A stretch of 63,992 bases of DNA, filler included, from Diploschistes diacapsis (taxonomy: Eukaryota): NCBI GenBank assembly GCA_023645945.1. It is 5 parts of 5 records of this genome, joined end to end, with 100 filler letters (N's around TTAATTAATTAA, not from the genome) between each part and the next. Parts side by side here need not be neighbours in the genome. Positions count along the whole stretch, not along the records: positions 1 to 13,057 come from JALAIB010000693.1; 4 more parts are not named here. One strand, 5' to 3'. Position numbers and translations under genes: made by a program. This document shows, piece after piece, positions 1 through 13,157 of the stretch (its first letter is position 1; each line of letters starts with the position of its first letter). Below the pieces are notes generated by a model. That model was given only the letters and a program-made list of their open reading frames with translations, had not been told where the DNA came from and did no database searches.

Positions 1-350
1 CTATAATTGTCTTTATTAATCTAATATTACCTTGACGTGTTTTTTCTCGTATATTACCGAAATCTCAACTCGTTAAACACTATAAACCGTGAAAAGGCTT
101 TGTTATATGTTAACAGCCACGCAAATATTCGTTGCCTAAGAACTTTAACGAAGTTAAAACATAATCAGACGTTAAGATAAAAATATAAAAGGTATTAAAA
201 AAAACTCAATTAAAAGGAAAAAGCATGTTTTAAAGAAAATGGATCTAACAAAAATTTTAATTATATAAAATTAATTGGCCTTGCTGCTTTCGTTAGATTA
301 TATTAGGTTTCGTTAGTTTTCCCGAGTTTCGTCAGAATGTTTGGCCCAGC
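1..350. repeat. AT-rich, RIP-like degenerate repeat at the window/contig edge
   Basis: Strongly AT-rich and TpA-rich with no ORF, against a background of about 50% GC. The motif TTTCGT(T/C)AG occurs three times at about 288-336. Confidence 0.5.
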
Positions 351-544
351 CAATAAGAAGAACCCTTCGGAGACTTGTCGCGATGGACTAATAATGCACT
401 GAGAGATTCCCATTAACAACCATATCTTGCTGATGCCAGTCTCAAATTACTCGAATTATAGGTAAATGAAAGCCAGAATGCATGCGAGGTATTTGTCCAT
501 CCTGCTATATCAACCTTAAGTCATAGACGTCTCATCTTGTGGCA

Positions 545-3500
545 TTAGGCCATAACCCACTCACTGCCTCTTTTGATGAACTTGTCCAGCATCATGCCTA
601 TGTCAGTCAATGCAAAGCGGCAGACAAAGAAAGCAAAAAACTCTGCCGCATGCCGAATGCAGAGCTCTAGGCCCACATGCGTTTGGGATGAGAGCCTCAA
701 GCCGGGATCTTCGACTTGCCTGGCAATTTGGTCTGCGCAATGTTAGTATGAGAGCACGCACACTTGCTGCAGATGCTTACCCAGTATTTGGACAGCGTCA
801 CAGAGTCTTCCGAGCGCCGCCATGTAGTGGGAATGCGGTCCAATCCCTAGCACCTTAGTAGGGTCTCGTTTTAGGATCTTGGGACTGCCTGCTGCTGTCA
901 TAGGTAGCGAACGCATGGTTAGCCCCTCCTTTGTGCTTTCTTTACCCTGGTTATTAACTCCCACGGATGTCAGTGCCAGACCGTGAGAGTGTTTTGACCG
1001 CAACCTTTTCCATGAAAGGTAAGATTTGCTTGAGGTTCCAAGCCTAGAGCTCAACCCATCACCAATACCTAATTCATCGGAAACAGGCGACGCCCTGAAG
1101 ATTGCAGCAGAGCCACTTACGCCGACCTCCGTACCTAACTTCTTGCCTAACTGTCCCTGGACTTGATCCAAAATGAGCTCGAAAGCTTGCACTTCCTCCA
1201 GCATAGCATCGGCGTCAAGATTGTCAACCTTTTGAAGATTCAGTAGAGCGGCTGTAAGCAAATCACAATTGGCCACTTTATCATCCACACTCTTGAGCTT
1301 TACGTTCTTCACACGCCATGCATCCCGAGGCACAAACAATCGTGTCGAAATATAACCGCCACGAGGATGAGCGATCGTTTGGTATATTGCTCTCATGAGC
1401 CAGAACGGACGGAGCAAAAAAGATTCTGGGCAAGGCTCAAGCGGAGAGGGCGCATTAGAGACGGACCTACTGGATGAGCCAGGTATAAGTGGAGAGTTAA
1501 CGTCGCTGTCGAAAAATGAAAGGCTTCCAGATAGAAAGCTACCCTTACTGAAGGCCGTCGCAGCGGGTGTTGGCAGAGCCGGCAGAGCTGGGAGAGATTC
1601 ATTTCGCTGCCCAGCAGAGGAGGTAGAAAATGCTCGTCCAAATGATATGCCTGGAGAATTGTCGGTGCCTGCTGGTGTGGCGACCTGCTGTTTCAATGAT
1701 TTCAGGCTAGATGAAGAATAATTCTTCCTCAATGCACCCATTCCTGAAACTTTTAAAGGTGGTCGAATAGGTGAGGATACTGAATACGAGATTTCATCGC
1801 CTTGCGAGTGACTTGTAACTACGTTGTTGGTAGTTGGGACAGACTCCACGGGTAGCAACTCTTGTACTCGCAGATCAACTCCTTCAATCAGATCATGACG
1901 TAACGTCGTTCGAGGATCGTAATTATCAAGGTTATCGTTGCTTCCAAGAGGTAGCGAAATAGACTGAGGGCCTCCAGCAAGCGGTTTTGTGAGGTCGTCT
2001 AGTGATCCAACCGTTTTATGTTCTTTCTTAGGTTGATGAGTACCGAGTGAGGGTCTAGCATTGGTATCTATTTTCAACTGCTTCACCTTTTGGCCAGAGA
2101 GCCGACGGGCCCGGACTCCTGGTGACTGAAGCGGTACAAAGGTCAACTTAGTGTCCGAGCTCGGGATGGATGCGCTAGGATTATTAGGGCTTGGTGGAGG
2201 CTGAGGTAAGGTCGAGGATGGAGGTGGAAGGAATGGGCCGCCTGGTCGAGCTTCCGAGGATGTTTCAAGCGGAGATGCATATTCAACCACAGTGGGAAGG
2301 TTTGTGCCAGCCGTCGTTGGTACGGATACTCCTGGACTGCCCCATGTCCTGCCCAATAAACTACTAGAGTCCGATTTGCGCGGGGGTATGGTGTGAGATG
2401 CCACGCCGTAATCAGCATTATCTAATATGTATTCTCTTGTCATCTCTTCCAGCATCCTCTCCTCTTCTTCAGCTTCATTATCCTCAACGAATAGATCCCA
2501 TGCTTGTGCTTTGGCATCGTTTTCACTTTGTTCAAGCCGACGTCGCTTTTCATGCTCTCGAGCAGTGACGATCGCAGCCTCCCTCTCGGCGTCGCGAACC
2601 CTTTGTTTGGCAAGGTCAATGTTCTTCCTGACAGAAGCTAGATAGGAGCTAGATATGGCCGGAGAGGAAGGCTCGTAGCTCGGCGCCTCCTCATCTTCAG
2701 GGACAGGTTCATAGCCGTCATCGTAGGCAGCTTCGACTGCGGCATCGAGTGCGGCATCGAATTCTGCTTCAGTGGCGCCACTTCCGGTTCGAATGTGCTT
2801 TCTTCGTAGCCCAATGGAAGAGCTTCGTGAATGAACAGAAGAGCTGGAAGAACCCCCCGACTCGTCAATGGTATCAAGCCATGACGTTGATTCTGCCGTC
2901 GCCTGCCTCGAATGAGACGTGAATGATGGACTCGCCAGCGGAGCACTTCCGAGGGCCGCACCGTCTGGCTTAGTAACTTCATGGGTTAAAGGTGATAGAG
3001 GTCGGCGGGGTGAAAGAGGAGGGGGCATGTAAATCTTGTCCATTGGAGCAGAGTAGTTGGCAGAAAGTGGTGCAGCCTTCGTTCGTTGCTGCACATCGAG
3101 TTTCCACGAATTCTGATGGTCAAGTGGTCTTTCGCGCAAGCCGTATGGTCCTTGGTGGTCGTCACCAGGTATTCGAGGCAATAAGGACTGTCGACGAGGC
3201 GGCGGGAGTCGTTCGCTGTCAAGAAAATACTGATTTTCTTTAGATGGCGACGTGGAGTCGTTGACTCTGCTAATGGCCTCTCGTGGGACACTTTCGTCAT
3301 TGTCCTCGTTCGTGGTCAGGATCTGTTCATGGCTGCCCATTTCTGCATCGACTGGGACGTCAGGCAATGCCTTTTCGTTACCATAATATGTGGATAACTC
3401 GTTCGTACAAAGCTCTTTTATACGGTTTTTGTAAGTATTACGCTGGCATAATCAGTCAGCAACGAAGTCAATATGTCATGGATCAATGCTTACGATTGCA

Positions 3501-4168
3501 TCCAGTTTTCGTTTCTCCTCGTCGCCAGAGCTGCGCAACATGACCTGTTGCAGTAGATCACACGCATCGTTGTATGCTTCCATTGCACCTTTGAAGTTCT
3601 GAGCATTGTCCAGGACCACGGCTTGGTTGGCTTTGGCCAAAGCCTGAGATAGCATAGCTTTTTGCGATGGTGTCTTTTTTCGACGGGGTTTCTCTCCATG
3701 GGCTTGACTTGGTGCTGACCCTTCTTCTCTCTCTAAGGCTACGTCCCGGGCTACTCGACTGGCAGATGCCAGTTCCATCCTTCCCATTACAGGTACTGTA
3801 GGCCTTTGTGTTTCAACTAAGGCCTCGGAACCATTTACACTCTCAGTTGTTCCTTGAGGCACCCTCGCAAAGGAATTTTTAGCGCCGGGCTTGATCGAAT
3901 GTATAGAGGCCTGTGAGGAATATTGAGAAGATGATTTACCAGGACTTTCAAGGTTTCGCAGGGGAGTGGAACTATTCCACGCCCGCCCGAAATAGTCGCC
4001 ACTTTCCTGCATTGAAGCCATGGGAGGCGAGAGCTCCGCAGACGCGGGTACGATATTCACGGGATTGGGTCTCGGAGTGGAATCTGCGGCTTGCGATAAT
4101 ATCGAGAGCGTGGCGGCCGAAAGTGCGCGACCGGAGTTTGGAGCATGGAAAATATTCTGGGCAGACAT
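545..4168 (-). CDS. MIT (microtubule interacting and trafficking) domain protein, 3 exons (4168-3494, 3442-781, 732-545)
   Basis: MIT-like helix KAMLSQALAKANQAVVLDNAQNFKGAMEAYNDACDLL. GT-AG introns 3443-3493 and 733-780 have branch sites and join the ORFs in frame. The C-terminus is conserved fungal sequence (RPFWLMRAIYQTIAHPRGGY; DQIARQVEDPGL...DKFIKRGSEW). Confidence 0.8.
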
Positions 4169-4890
4169 GTTTATCCCTTTTGTCGTTTCATAAGGGTGTT
4201 ATGGGTCGGCTTTCCTTGCACCGTCTTTGAGATTGACTTTGAATCAATGTAGCCGCAGTGCCTGTTCCCTCCGAGCAATATCCAAAGAGAAGTGGTAGAG
4301 AGCTGTCTCATCGATAGTGTATCATCCAAAGGGACCTGGTGAATGCTATTGACTGTGAACGACGATCAGAGTTGGTTTCTCCCTCCTCTATCCCGGCAAT
4401 GCTCTCTGGCCTGTCGCTACCGATAGAGGTTTGTTGGTGTGTTATTCAGTAGCCAATGTCGTCCTGCTCGAGTCTGCCATTAGTCTTTCAAGACCAGTAG
4501 ATGGTTGGGAAACCCCATGAACCATGGAGAATCCGTAAAGCTGCAACAATCGCACGCTTTATGATACAGTATAACGTTAACCGTTTACAAGACAACCTCC
4601 ATCTCTTCGCTCATGAGTTGCCTAAGATCTCGTCGGTATCAGCTGCTCAAGGAGGCAAGATGCAAAGCAGAGTTTGCGGCTGACAATAGATGGTTTAATC
4701 CAAAGCTTTGGCGCTTAAAACCCCACGCGTGGCCTCATTCACCGATTTTCAGTCTCGTGCCGATAAACCAAGCAAGGCTCCGACGTAGCTGCGATGATTT
4801 AACGAAAGGGTTTAATTTGCAGTAGCTTAACAGATCGTGGAAACCATCCCGTATACTAATATCTCGATAGAAACAGGACTCGTGCGTGTC

Positions 4891-5265
4891 TTCAATTAGA
4901 GCACACACCACCCCTCCCCACCCTGTCCCACGTATAGTGTGCCTGCCAAGCCTTTTAGCTCATATCTAGTTCCCATAGTAATTAGTATGCATTACATATA
5001 CGAGCTACAGCTGACAAGGTATCTAGATATTGACGATCTAGAAAAGCGACGCGTCAAATTCTAAAAATAAAGCTCTAACATGTAGGAGAAAAGTCAATTT
5101 CAAAGTTGCATAATGAGAGATGTTATCACGTGACATCAACTTGTGGGAAAAACATACTGATCTGTATGGGATGGAACCTAGCTTAGCGCGTAAGCAGATT
5201 AATTGTCAGCCCTACGAGATTTGTATGGACAGGGTGGGGAGCAGGTGGTGCTCCTGAATCATCCC
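4891..5265. mobile_element. Candidate MITE-like element with imperfect terminal inverted repeats
   Basis: A perfect 15-bp inverted repeat (CTCCCCACCCTGTCC at 4914-4928, GGACAGGGTGGGGAG at 5227-5241) sits inside a roughly 35-bp imperfect IR. The left ~110 bp recurs in reverse orientation on another contig at about 40309-40425. Confidence 0.5.
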
Positions 5266-5495
5266 CGATACATATACTTGAGAAGCCTCTTGCTTCAAGT
5301 TCAGGCATGAAAAGCTTATTTGAGGCATGAATAGTCTAGAAAAGGCAGTTGGTTATGTCACTCTATGTTACGTACAGCATACTTGTCCACATTCCCCCCT
5401 CAGCTGTCCCATCACCTCCTTTCCGCAGAAAGATCATTTTTTATACTCGACAACCCTAAGCCCCCGGGCCGAGTTCAGTTGCAACTCGGCGGGAG

Positions 5496-8400
5496 CTATG
5501 GCCCGGATATTAGTTCGGCTAACTTTCCACCCACCTTCAGCCCGTGTCTTCCTTCAAAGATTTCTACCTCCACCGTGTCAAGTGCAACATAATGGATGAT
5601 TTGAACTTTCTGTGCTTGACCGAAACGCATTGCCCGTCCGATTGCCTGCACGTAGGCAGCTTTCGACGCTTCTTCGTTTCCCGCCAGTACTGGTGTAGCG
5701 AACATGACAATATGGACGTTGGTGAGGTTGTGGCCTGCGGCTGCAGGACTCAAAGGATCCACAATCAGAACCCTAATCCCTCCTTTTTCCGTACAAGGAA
5801 CCGTACGGAAGACTGTCATGACACTCGTGTGCCTGTCAGGATCCTTGACATATCTGCAGCTAATTCCCGCTTCCTCAACAGCGAATTGTAGTGCTTCTGC
5901 CATTTTTTTGAACTGGCAAAACAGAAGGACTTGCTCGTTCTTCTCCAGTTTCCTGATCCTTTCTACAATACTACCGGTTTTCGGCGAGTCTGTTCTATGC
6001 ACAACATTCCCAATCTTTGGTCCGATAACGTAGTTTGTTGCGATTGTCGCTGCGTTGCAGAAAGCTGAGCATCTATCCTCTTTACGCTGCACGGCAAGGC
6101 AATCTGAGCACGAAACATGGCCGCATTGTTGGTTGATGGCCAATTTCGCGGTCTCCGTGATTGTATGCTGGCAATGGAGACCAAGTCTCGGATCGGAAGC
6201 TTCCGGAAAGACGCCTGAGGTCATGGCCATTGTGATGGTCGTTTGAAGTGCTTTAAGGAAGCGCACCGCCCTGATGGCCCCAATGAGAGACTTGGTGAGT
6301 CTGAGGATGGACTGCAGAACTTCTTTAACCATCTCACTCTCGTCCGCCAAAGCTGAATGTTGGTCGAAGTTCCTTATATGCTCGCCGCTGTCTGTCAAGC
6401 TGTGAATGCGTCCTGCGCCCCTGTTACCGCTGGTACGATCACTCAATGCGCAAATAGCCTGCAGAGCAGCATCATCATGCGCGCGCCGGGTTTCTTTAAT
6501 CATCTCGCTTCCGTTCAACAAAGCGGAATGTTGGATGAAATCCCTTATATGCTCGCCGGTATCTGTCAACCTTCCATTTCGTACTGCATCCTTGTTACCG
6601 ATGGTACGATCATTAAATGCGCAAATAGCCTGCAACGCAGCACGATCACGCGCGCGCCGGATTTCTGTTGCCTGGTACTGGTCCTGCATTGAACCGATCG
6701 CAAGTGACAACACCGTGCATTGTGGAGCATCTGTGAGAATGCGCTTCTTCAAGCCTTGGAAAACCTCGAGCGCACACAAGTCACCGCAATATTTGTCGGC
6801 ATCGGGTCGGAAAATGGCATCGCAACGTTTGTATACAGAGTGCCATGTTGATTGCAGAATCTTAGCTTTTGTAGCAGGGCTACTTGAAGCAATGAGACTA
6901 GCGTTCCAGACTCGATAGTCATTGGCTTTTCGAAGCTTCTGCAGCATTGTCTCTGTCAGAGAAGCACAATCAGCTTCCCTATCCTGGATCACGGATGCTA
7001 AACTTGGTGTTGGTGCATTGCAAGAACTTCCGGGCGTTGTCACAAGCCTGGTGGATCTCTGATGAGAGAATGCTGCCTCGATCAATATCTGATGATGAGA
7101 TTCAGCTTTCGTAAGTGCGCTTGTAAGTCGCCTATTGCGATCATGATCGGTTCGTCCGTCCGCAATCACCCTCGAACGCTCTGTGGTCACAAGCCTTAAT
7201 TGCGATTGTAGCTCAGTATAAAGAGCCATGTGTAGGCTCGACATGACCACTGGTTCGGCGTTGATCGAGCTAGCAATAGTGAATCCCAATGCGGTATTCT
7301 TCCGCGCATAGGTATTCAAAAAATTCTGAGCAGCGATATGCCGATGCTGATGCCACGCGGGACTGTGCATCGCATTTGCGGCCTCAAATTCCTCAACACG
7401 GGTCCTGCTCTTCTTCATCTCTTTCGCGTTGCGCTTGTCGGTGTACTGTTCGGAACTATCCAAGGAACCTAAATACACACCGATTACGGATGCAAGTCGT
7501 TGAACATCCGCGAAATCCCGAATCTTTGGCGTTCCAGACAAAAGCCAGGTCGAGAGAGATGCAATGCACCTAATGCTCAAGGTGTCATAATCACCGAGGT
7601 AGGATTGTTCATCGATAATTTTTCGATGGAAGCGGAAAAGGCCAAGCGTAGGGAATTTAACGTCTAGAAAATCCTTTATATCATCTAAATCATCGAAACC
7701 ACCTAGCCTTCCGATGCTCTGATCCCTAAAGTCCAGTGATGGTTTGCCTTCACGATCTTGCTTCCCTTTGCGCTTCCGGTTGGCGACAAATTGCCGTCCT
7801 GTCAGGCGCTTTGAAGGCTCCACATAGTAGAGGGCGGAATCATCGTTGAAGTTTGCGATCTGATTTCGCAGTCTGTCGGAATACCCTTGAAACGAGCTTG
7901 TGGTTTTCATGTGTTCAACATTTAAAGCAGTCCTTTTCGTTGCTTCACCACACCACGTACTATATTCACGTAGGCTCTTAAAAGATGGCGGCGGTGGCAG
8001 ACCTGCCATGATAGCACACCGGTTTTTATATTTCGGCGTTCTATCGTGACGCAGGAAACTTGAAGAGACCAGTACAATGTCAGCTTGAAGAATCGCACGG
8101 ACATTTTGCTGCATGAGCTGTTGTGGTCTCGATACTTTCACAATCATACAGTCCGGCCAAAACTTCTTGATTTCACCCTCCCACTGGTTCAGAAGCAGGG
8201 ATGGTACGATAATCAGCGTGGCTTTAGCAGGAATCAGCGAGGTTGGGACTTTGAGATCGTTTTGGGCTTCTTCGAGCGTGTCACGGATCAACGCCAACAT
8301 AGTGATGGTTTTTCCGTAGCCGACATCGTCTGCAGCGATACCACCGCGTACGAAGCAGTCGCGAAGCGCTCGTGCTTCGAGCCTCCAGTCCAGATGTTTG

Positions 8401-11400
8401 GAAGTCGATTCTTCTACTATGACTTCTTGGAATGCAAACGAGTTCTCACAGTCCCTCGCCCGCATCCACTGCAAGGAACGCTCCTGTTCAGGCCTGAGTC
8501 GATAATTCGTTCCGGGAAAGCTGAAGGATCGGCGGCCATCCGATTCGTTGCTCCCAATGGTGAACACTGGAAACTTTTGGTATGCAGAGGTAGAACAACC
8601 CGTCAACAATCTCCAAGAAACTCTAATATGTCCTTTGTATATGTCGACCGGCGAGGTGAGAAGCCTTGTAGTTGCACGATGAACTAAAGCTTGTGCGTTC
8701 ACTGCAATGGCAATCTCTTTCATTCCATCAGCGCTAATAGGCGATAACTCTATAGCGAAGGGCACCGGCCGATCTCTTATCTGGGATTCGTATGAAGAGG
8801 CTTGCCTTGGATCCTCAAACGGTGCGAGGCGGTTAGGACCCTTCCCTCTCTTCGGAGGAATGGTTCTCCACTTGATCTGAGGCCTACTAGGCGCGCAAGT
8901 GGAACAACCCTCCGGCGGTGCAGACAATTTCATCAACATCCACTTCGCCGCATCTTTCAGCACTGGGTCCAACAACTTCATTAGCCACGTAAGATTCATG
9001 GCCATTCCGATTTGGTTTCTTTCGGTAATGCTGCAGGCGTGATGGGAACGACGGCCGTCAGGGTTGGGACCATCCCACGGGATTTGTTTTCTAAAGATAA
9101 TGTTGAGAGCACTTTGGCAGCTGTCCTGCGGTTCTGTCCAGAAACAAGTTTTACTCACACCTCGCAACGGAAGTTCGGCAGTAGTATACATTGTGGATGC
9201 TTGGAGGCGACCTTCGCAAGGATGCCAATGTCCCAGTACAATAACGTCGACTGGTTGCTCTTTTAAATTGCTGGGCCGCCACTGGCTTGGTGCCAGTTCT
9301 GGTGCTCCCTTATACTGTTTGCAATGCATAGGCTTCTCCCCATGTTTGATCTGTGCGCTCTTCAAAACCCTTTGCGTAGAACCTTCCTTCGTCCTTTTGC
9401 TTCCACCTCTCTTGATATCTAGTGCCTTATCAGTTAGTGCGCAACGCACAATCTGCGCAAGCTCGCCTCTATATTCCCCCGAGCTTAACCTGATATGGTC
9501 ATTGGCGATCACAAAAACATCGGATTCTGGGGGGCCGGTTCTTGCAGGATCCAGGAACAGGAATACGGCTTGCCTACCATTGTCGGTGCGACTGTGCATC
9601 TCTTTTTTGTGGAGAGAACCGTTTGCAGTTCCACAAAATGGCAAAGCCTTGTAGGTTCCTTCTAGCAATGAAACCATATCGTTCTTTGATCGACCTCGGA
9701 AGCGAAGATTGATCTTGCTCCAGACACGCTCATTCTTGTATTTCCGATGTGCGAGACCTAATCGTGACCTCCATGATGGCATAAGGTAGCCGACACCGGT
9801 GATCAAAGCTGGCAGTCGAATTCGTCGCGGAACGCGTACTTCCCATTGTCCATCTAGAAGAGCACCCAATGCGCCAGTTCGCACTGTACATCTTCCGACT
9901 GGATGACAGAGCCATGAACACAGCTCGGAATTAGTGGTGCGATTTCGATCAAATTTGATAAATAATAGCCACTCCACGCTGTTGGGCCGGAATATAAGCT
10001 GTAGAACTTGACCAGAGGACTCGTAGGTGATAATCCAGTAGCTAGCGTGATTGATGTCCTTGAAATAAAGAACTTGCCCCAATGCTTCTTTCACTATTGT
10101 AACAAAAGAATCGTAGGTCGTCCTGTCTGCATCCGCCTCGCGCCGCACAGCTTGCTCAAACGAGCCAGGAGACAGGCTCAGCATCAAATTGGGGGGAAGC
10201 GCGTTACCGATCATGCTCTTAAACTCAATGGGGTTATCGCGCTGTGCGTCCGAGGAGTATAGAGGAAGAAAATGTCTTGGGTTGCCGGAGCAACCTGAAC
10301 ACATCTGGACCAGGCATTCGATGCACACCAATAGAGGAGGCAGTTCTTTTGGGCTGCCACGTTCACACCAGCATACGGATTTACTACTGTTCGCCAGCTC
10401 GACCAGTTTTGGCATTGAATATTGGCAGTCCGATTTGGCACTGAGTCTGGTAGTTCTCATCTCAAGTTCCCGGACCTGTCGCGCCTGCTCATTTTCATCC
10501 CTATCATTTAGCTCAACGCCTCTACTGCCAGAGAACTCGGTTCCAGCAACTATCAAAGCCGCAATAAGAGCCGCCGCGATGACTGTGGTCGACATTGCAT
10601 TGCCCGCCAAATCTTTCAGCTGTTTATGTGTTTCGCCAGCCAATACAATCCGATTGACCGGTAGGCCTTGCAGGGCCAGTGCCTCTAGACCATGGAGAGG
10701 TCCACCACGAGTGCTGAGAAAAGGGAGGCCGTTCGGCGTAAGGCAGCCAATTACTCCTAATCTGCTTGATTCGAGATGACGATCAATGTTCTGGGAAACA
10801 TTGGGGATATGCACCTTGTACTCGAAGTCATCGCCTTTCATAGCATGGGTGAGCATAGTCATGTCCAAGCAGTCCTTGACCCGGTCGCTCTGATCATGAA
10901 TCCATTCTCGGTTGGCGTATATGGGGGGTTCAAGTTTTGCGCGCGCCCATCCCGTATAGGGAACTGCTTTACCGAGGGCGAGTCTTTTCCTTTCACTAAT
11001 GTGCCGAACCTCGCATACTTCCCAGTTCGTTGGCTTCTTGATCTGAAAAGAAGACTCGTCGTCTATACTCAGCATCTGCATAGCCCGTTGCAAGGCTGGG
11101 TGGTCAGGATCTAGAAGGAAGTCCTCAACTGAACAACGGAGGGGCATTTTGAGCTTCTCCATCAAACCTGCCCAACCTTCAACCTTGGCTTGTGCCACGG
11201 ATTTGATAAGTTTGCCAGTAGACTTGAATAGCTCTCGGTCTATGCAAATCAAGTAGCCACGCTGACGAGTCTGCGGAAGGAGGTAATTCTTCGTGTCCGC
11301 TTTATAGTGACGGCTTGCGTAGCCGATGAAGTCAAAATATTTTCTGATTCTTTCCCAGGGCGCGCCCACGATGTTTTCCAGGATAATCGTCTTGGGGCGG

Positions 11401-11988
11401 AATCTCTTCGCATACTCGTGAATGGCTGCGAATGTGACTGAGGACTCTCCTGCGTCACTGCTTTCCTCTCCATTCCTTTTCTTCTCAAGAATGTTTTGGA
11501 GCGTCTTCTTATGCGTATTCAGGTTAGAGAAATCCACGCAAGCAAAACCTGCAACCAGGATGTCTATCTTGCCATTGGCTGGCAATTCTGCCTTAGCCCC
11601 GTAAACAGTGGTTCTATGTAGCTGTTAGTATTGGAGTTTGTCCAGGGATGTTCTAGACAAAGAAATATGAGGTAGTGGAAACGAACCCTGAGCCCTGGCT
11701 CAACTCGGTAATATCCCTAAATATTATTTCAGGGTGGAAGTTTCTCTCTATAAAGGCCTGTTTGAAAGGCACTATCTCGGCCGAAAATAGATGCTCGATT
11801 ACCAGGTTCATGCCCTTGTCCGCCAGTTCCTCCTTGATCATCTCCAGAGCGAATATGGGAGCCTCTGTGCCAGAACACATTGTAGCAATTGATACCCTTC
11901 TGGTTCGCAGGAGATTATCAAAGACATTTGAAAGCCCAAGACCCATGGCACACGAGACGAACTCTGCGAATATGCTGGGAAGAGCCAT
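5496..11988 (-). CDS. DNMT5: DNMT5-type C5 cytosine DNA methyltransferase fused to a SNF2 ATPase/helicase and a degenerate RING finger (~2139 aa, 2 exons)
   Basis: MTase motifs: ATMCSGTEAP (I), AGFACVDFS (IV), LENI (VI), PQTRQRGY (VIII), LAGNAMS (X). SNF2 motifs: ADDVGYGKT, IIDEQ, LSGTP, QAIGRAMRFGQ. RING remnant CGHVSCSDC. Intron 11614-11686 (GTTCGT...CTAAC...TAG) joins the ORFs in frame. The start codon is uncertain. Confidence 0.9.
6321..6665 (-). repeat. 171-bp (57-aa) tandem duplication within the DNMT5 CDS
   Basis: EIRRARDRAALQAICAFNDRTIGNKD...EMIK and ETRRAHDDAALQAICALSDRTSGNRG...EMVK. DNA anchors are exactly 171 nt apart (6321/6492 and 6481/6652). Confidence 0.92.
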
Positions 11989-12927
11989 ACTTTTGCATCG
12001 ACTTGTCTGATTGTGGTGGTGGGCGGCAGGAAGATGTAAGGGCGAGGAACAGGGATATCTATATAGGCAAAACCGGCATATTCCCCCGCTTAGCTGAGCG
12101 GGGCCAACGCAACGATGAGGGTGACAGCTAGGCAACGCTTGTGGCCACTGATGTTATAACACCGTTAGTATAACAGCACATAGTGGTCCGCCAAGATACA
12201 AGTAAGCACCGAAAGGATCCGATCCTCCTCGTGTACATGATGTTTGCGAAGGTAGGCTACTGTTCATAAGTAACCATCTCTATAGCTAATCAAAATATGC
12301 AAGCAACACAGCAACGGAGACGACAAAGGTGCCTACCCATAAAGACTAAGGTTAGGCAAGGCTAGGCGCATCGATGTTTTCATTGACAATCCTTTAGTCA
12401 TATGAAGATAGCCCAAAAGGACTATCCAGGGCCCATTTCATGACTTGCAGCGATTGCTGTGAGAATGCTGGAAAGGATATAGACATGTCTCAATCACATT
12501 CTTCGGAATATGCACTCGAAAAGGATCGTGCATCGTCTCAAACAAGATGTAGCGGTTAAGCACGATAGTACGTAAGGACAAGGTAAAGGGGATCGCCATT
12601 CTTTCCTACTCTATCTTTGTTTCAAAGTTTTAAGAAAAACAATATGAGAAAGCATTCATTGGGGGAAGACAAGCAAGATTACATGGCTGGTGCAGGGCAA
12701 TAACATTGGAGATATATGGACCACGTGCAGAAAGCTAAAGAACTTTCCTAGCATCCTAGATACATAAATGATTCCCATTTGCCCGCCGGGTTGCGTTCGG
12801 AACTGTCGAAACATGGATCATATAGTACCTTACCAGGCATGGTTAGCGCCACGCCATTACTGGGACCAGTCTTAGCCGACTATAACCGATACCTTAGGAT
12901 GTCCATCCGTCGGAGCATACGTTGGAG

Positions 12928-13057
12928 TAACGTGTTGCCCTTGGTAACCGAACGGACCCTAGTAACCGAACATTCATAAACGCTTTTTATACGCAAAATG
13001 CCCTTCCTTTTTCATCCATTATAAGTTCTATATATATATATATATATAACGTGTGTG
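12928..13057 (+). mobile_element. Probable Tc1/mariner (Fot1/pogo-like) element end, followed by a (TA)n tract, at the contig end
   Basis: TA-ACGT start at 12928-12933 followed by the direct repeat GTAACCGAAC twice (12944-12953, 12962-12971), which is the layout of Fot1-family TIRs. AT content then rises, and a second TA-ACGTG follows the (TA)n tract. Confidence 0.4.
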
Positions 13058-13157
13058 NNNNNNNNNNNNNNNNNNNNNNNNNNNNNNNNNNNNNNNNNNN
13101 NTTAATTAATTAANNNNNNNNNNNNNNNNNNNNNNNNNNNNNNNNNNNNNNNNNNNN
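13058..13157. other. Artificial contig-joining linker
   Basis: N44-TTAATTAATTAA-N44, which has stops in all six frames. Confidence 0.98.

Noticed and set aside
5496..11585. MTase-helicase fusion as a bacterial restriction-modification or defence system, or a horizontal transfer
   Set aside because: It has a spliceosomal intron and the domain order and motifs of the known eukaryotic DNMT5 family.
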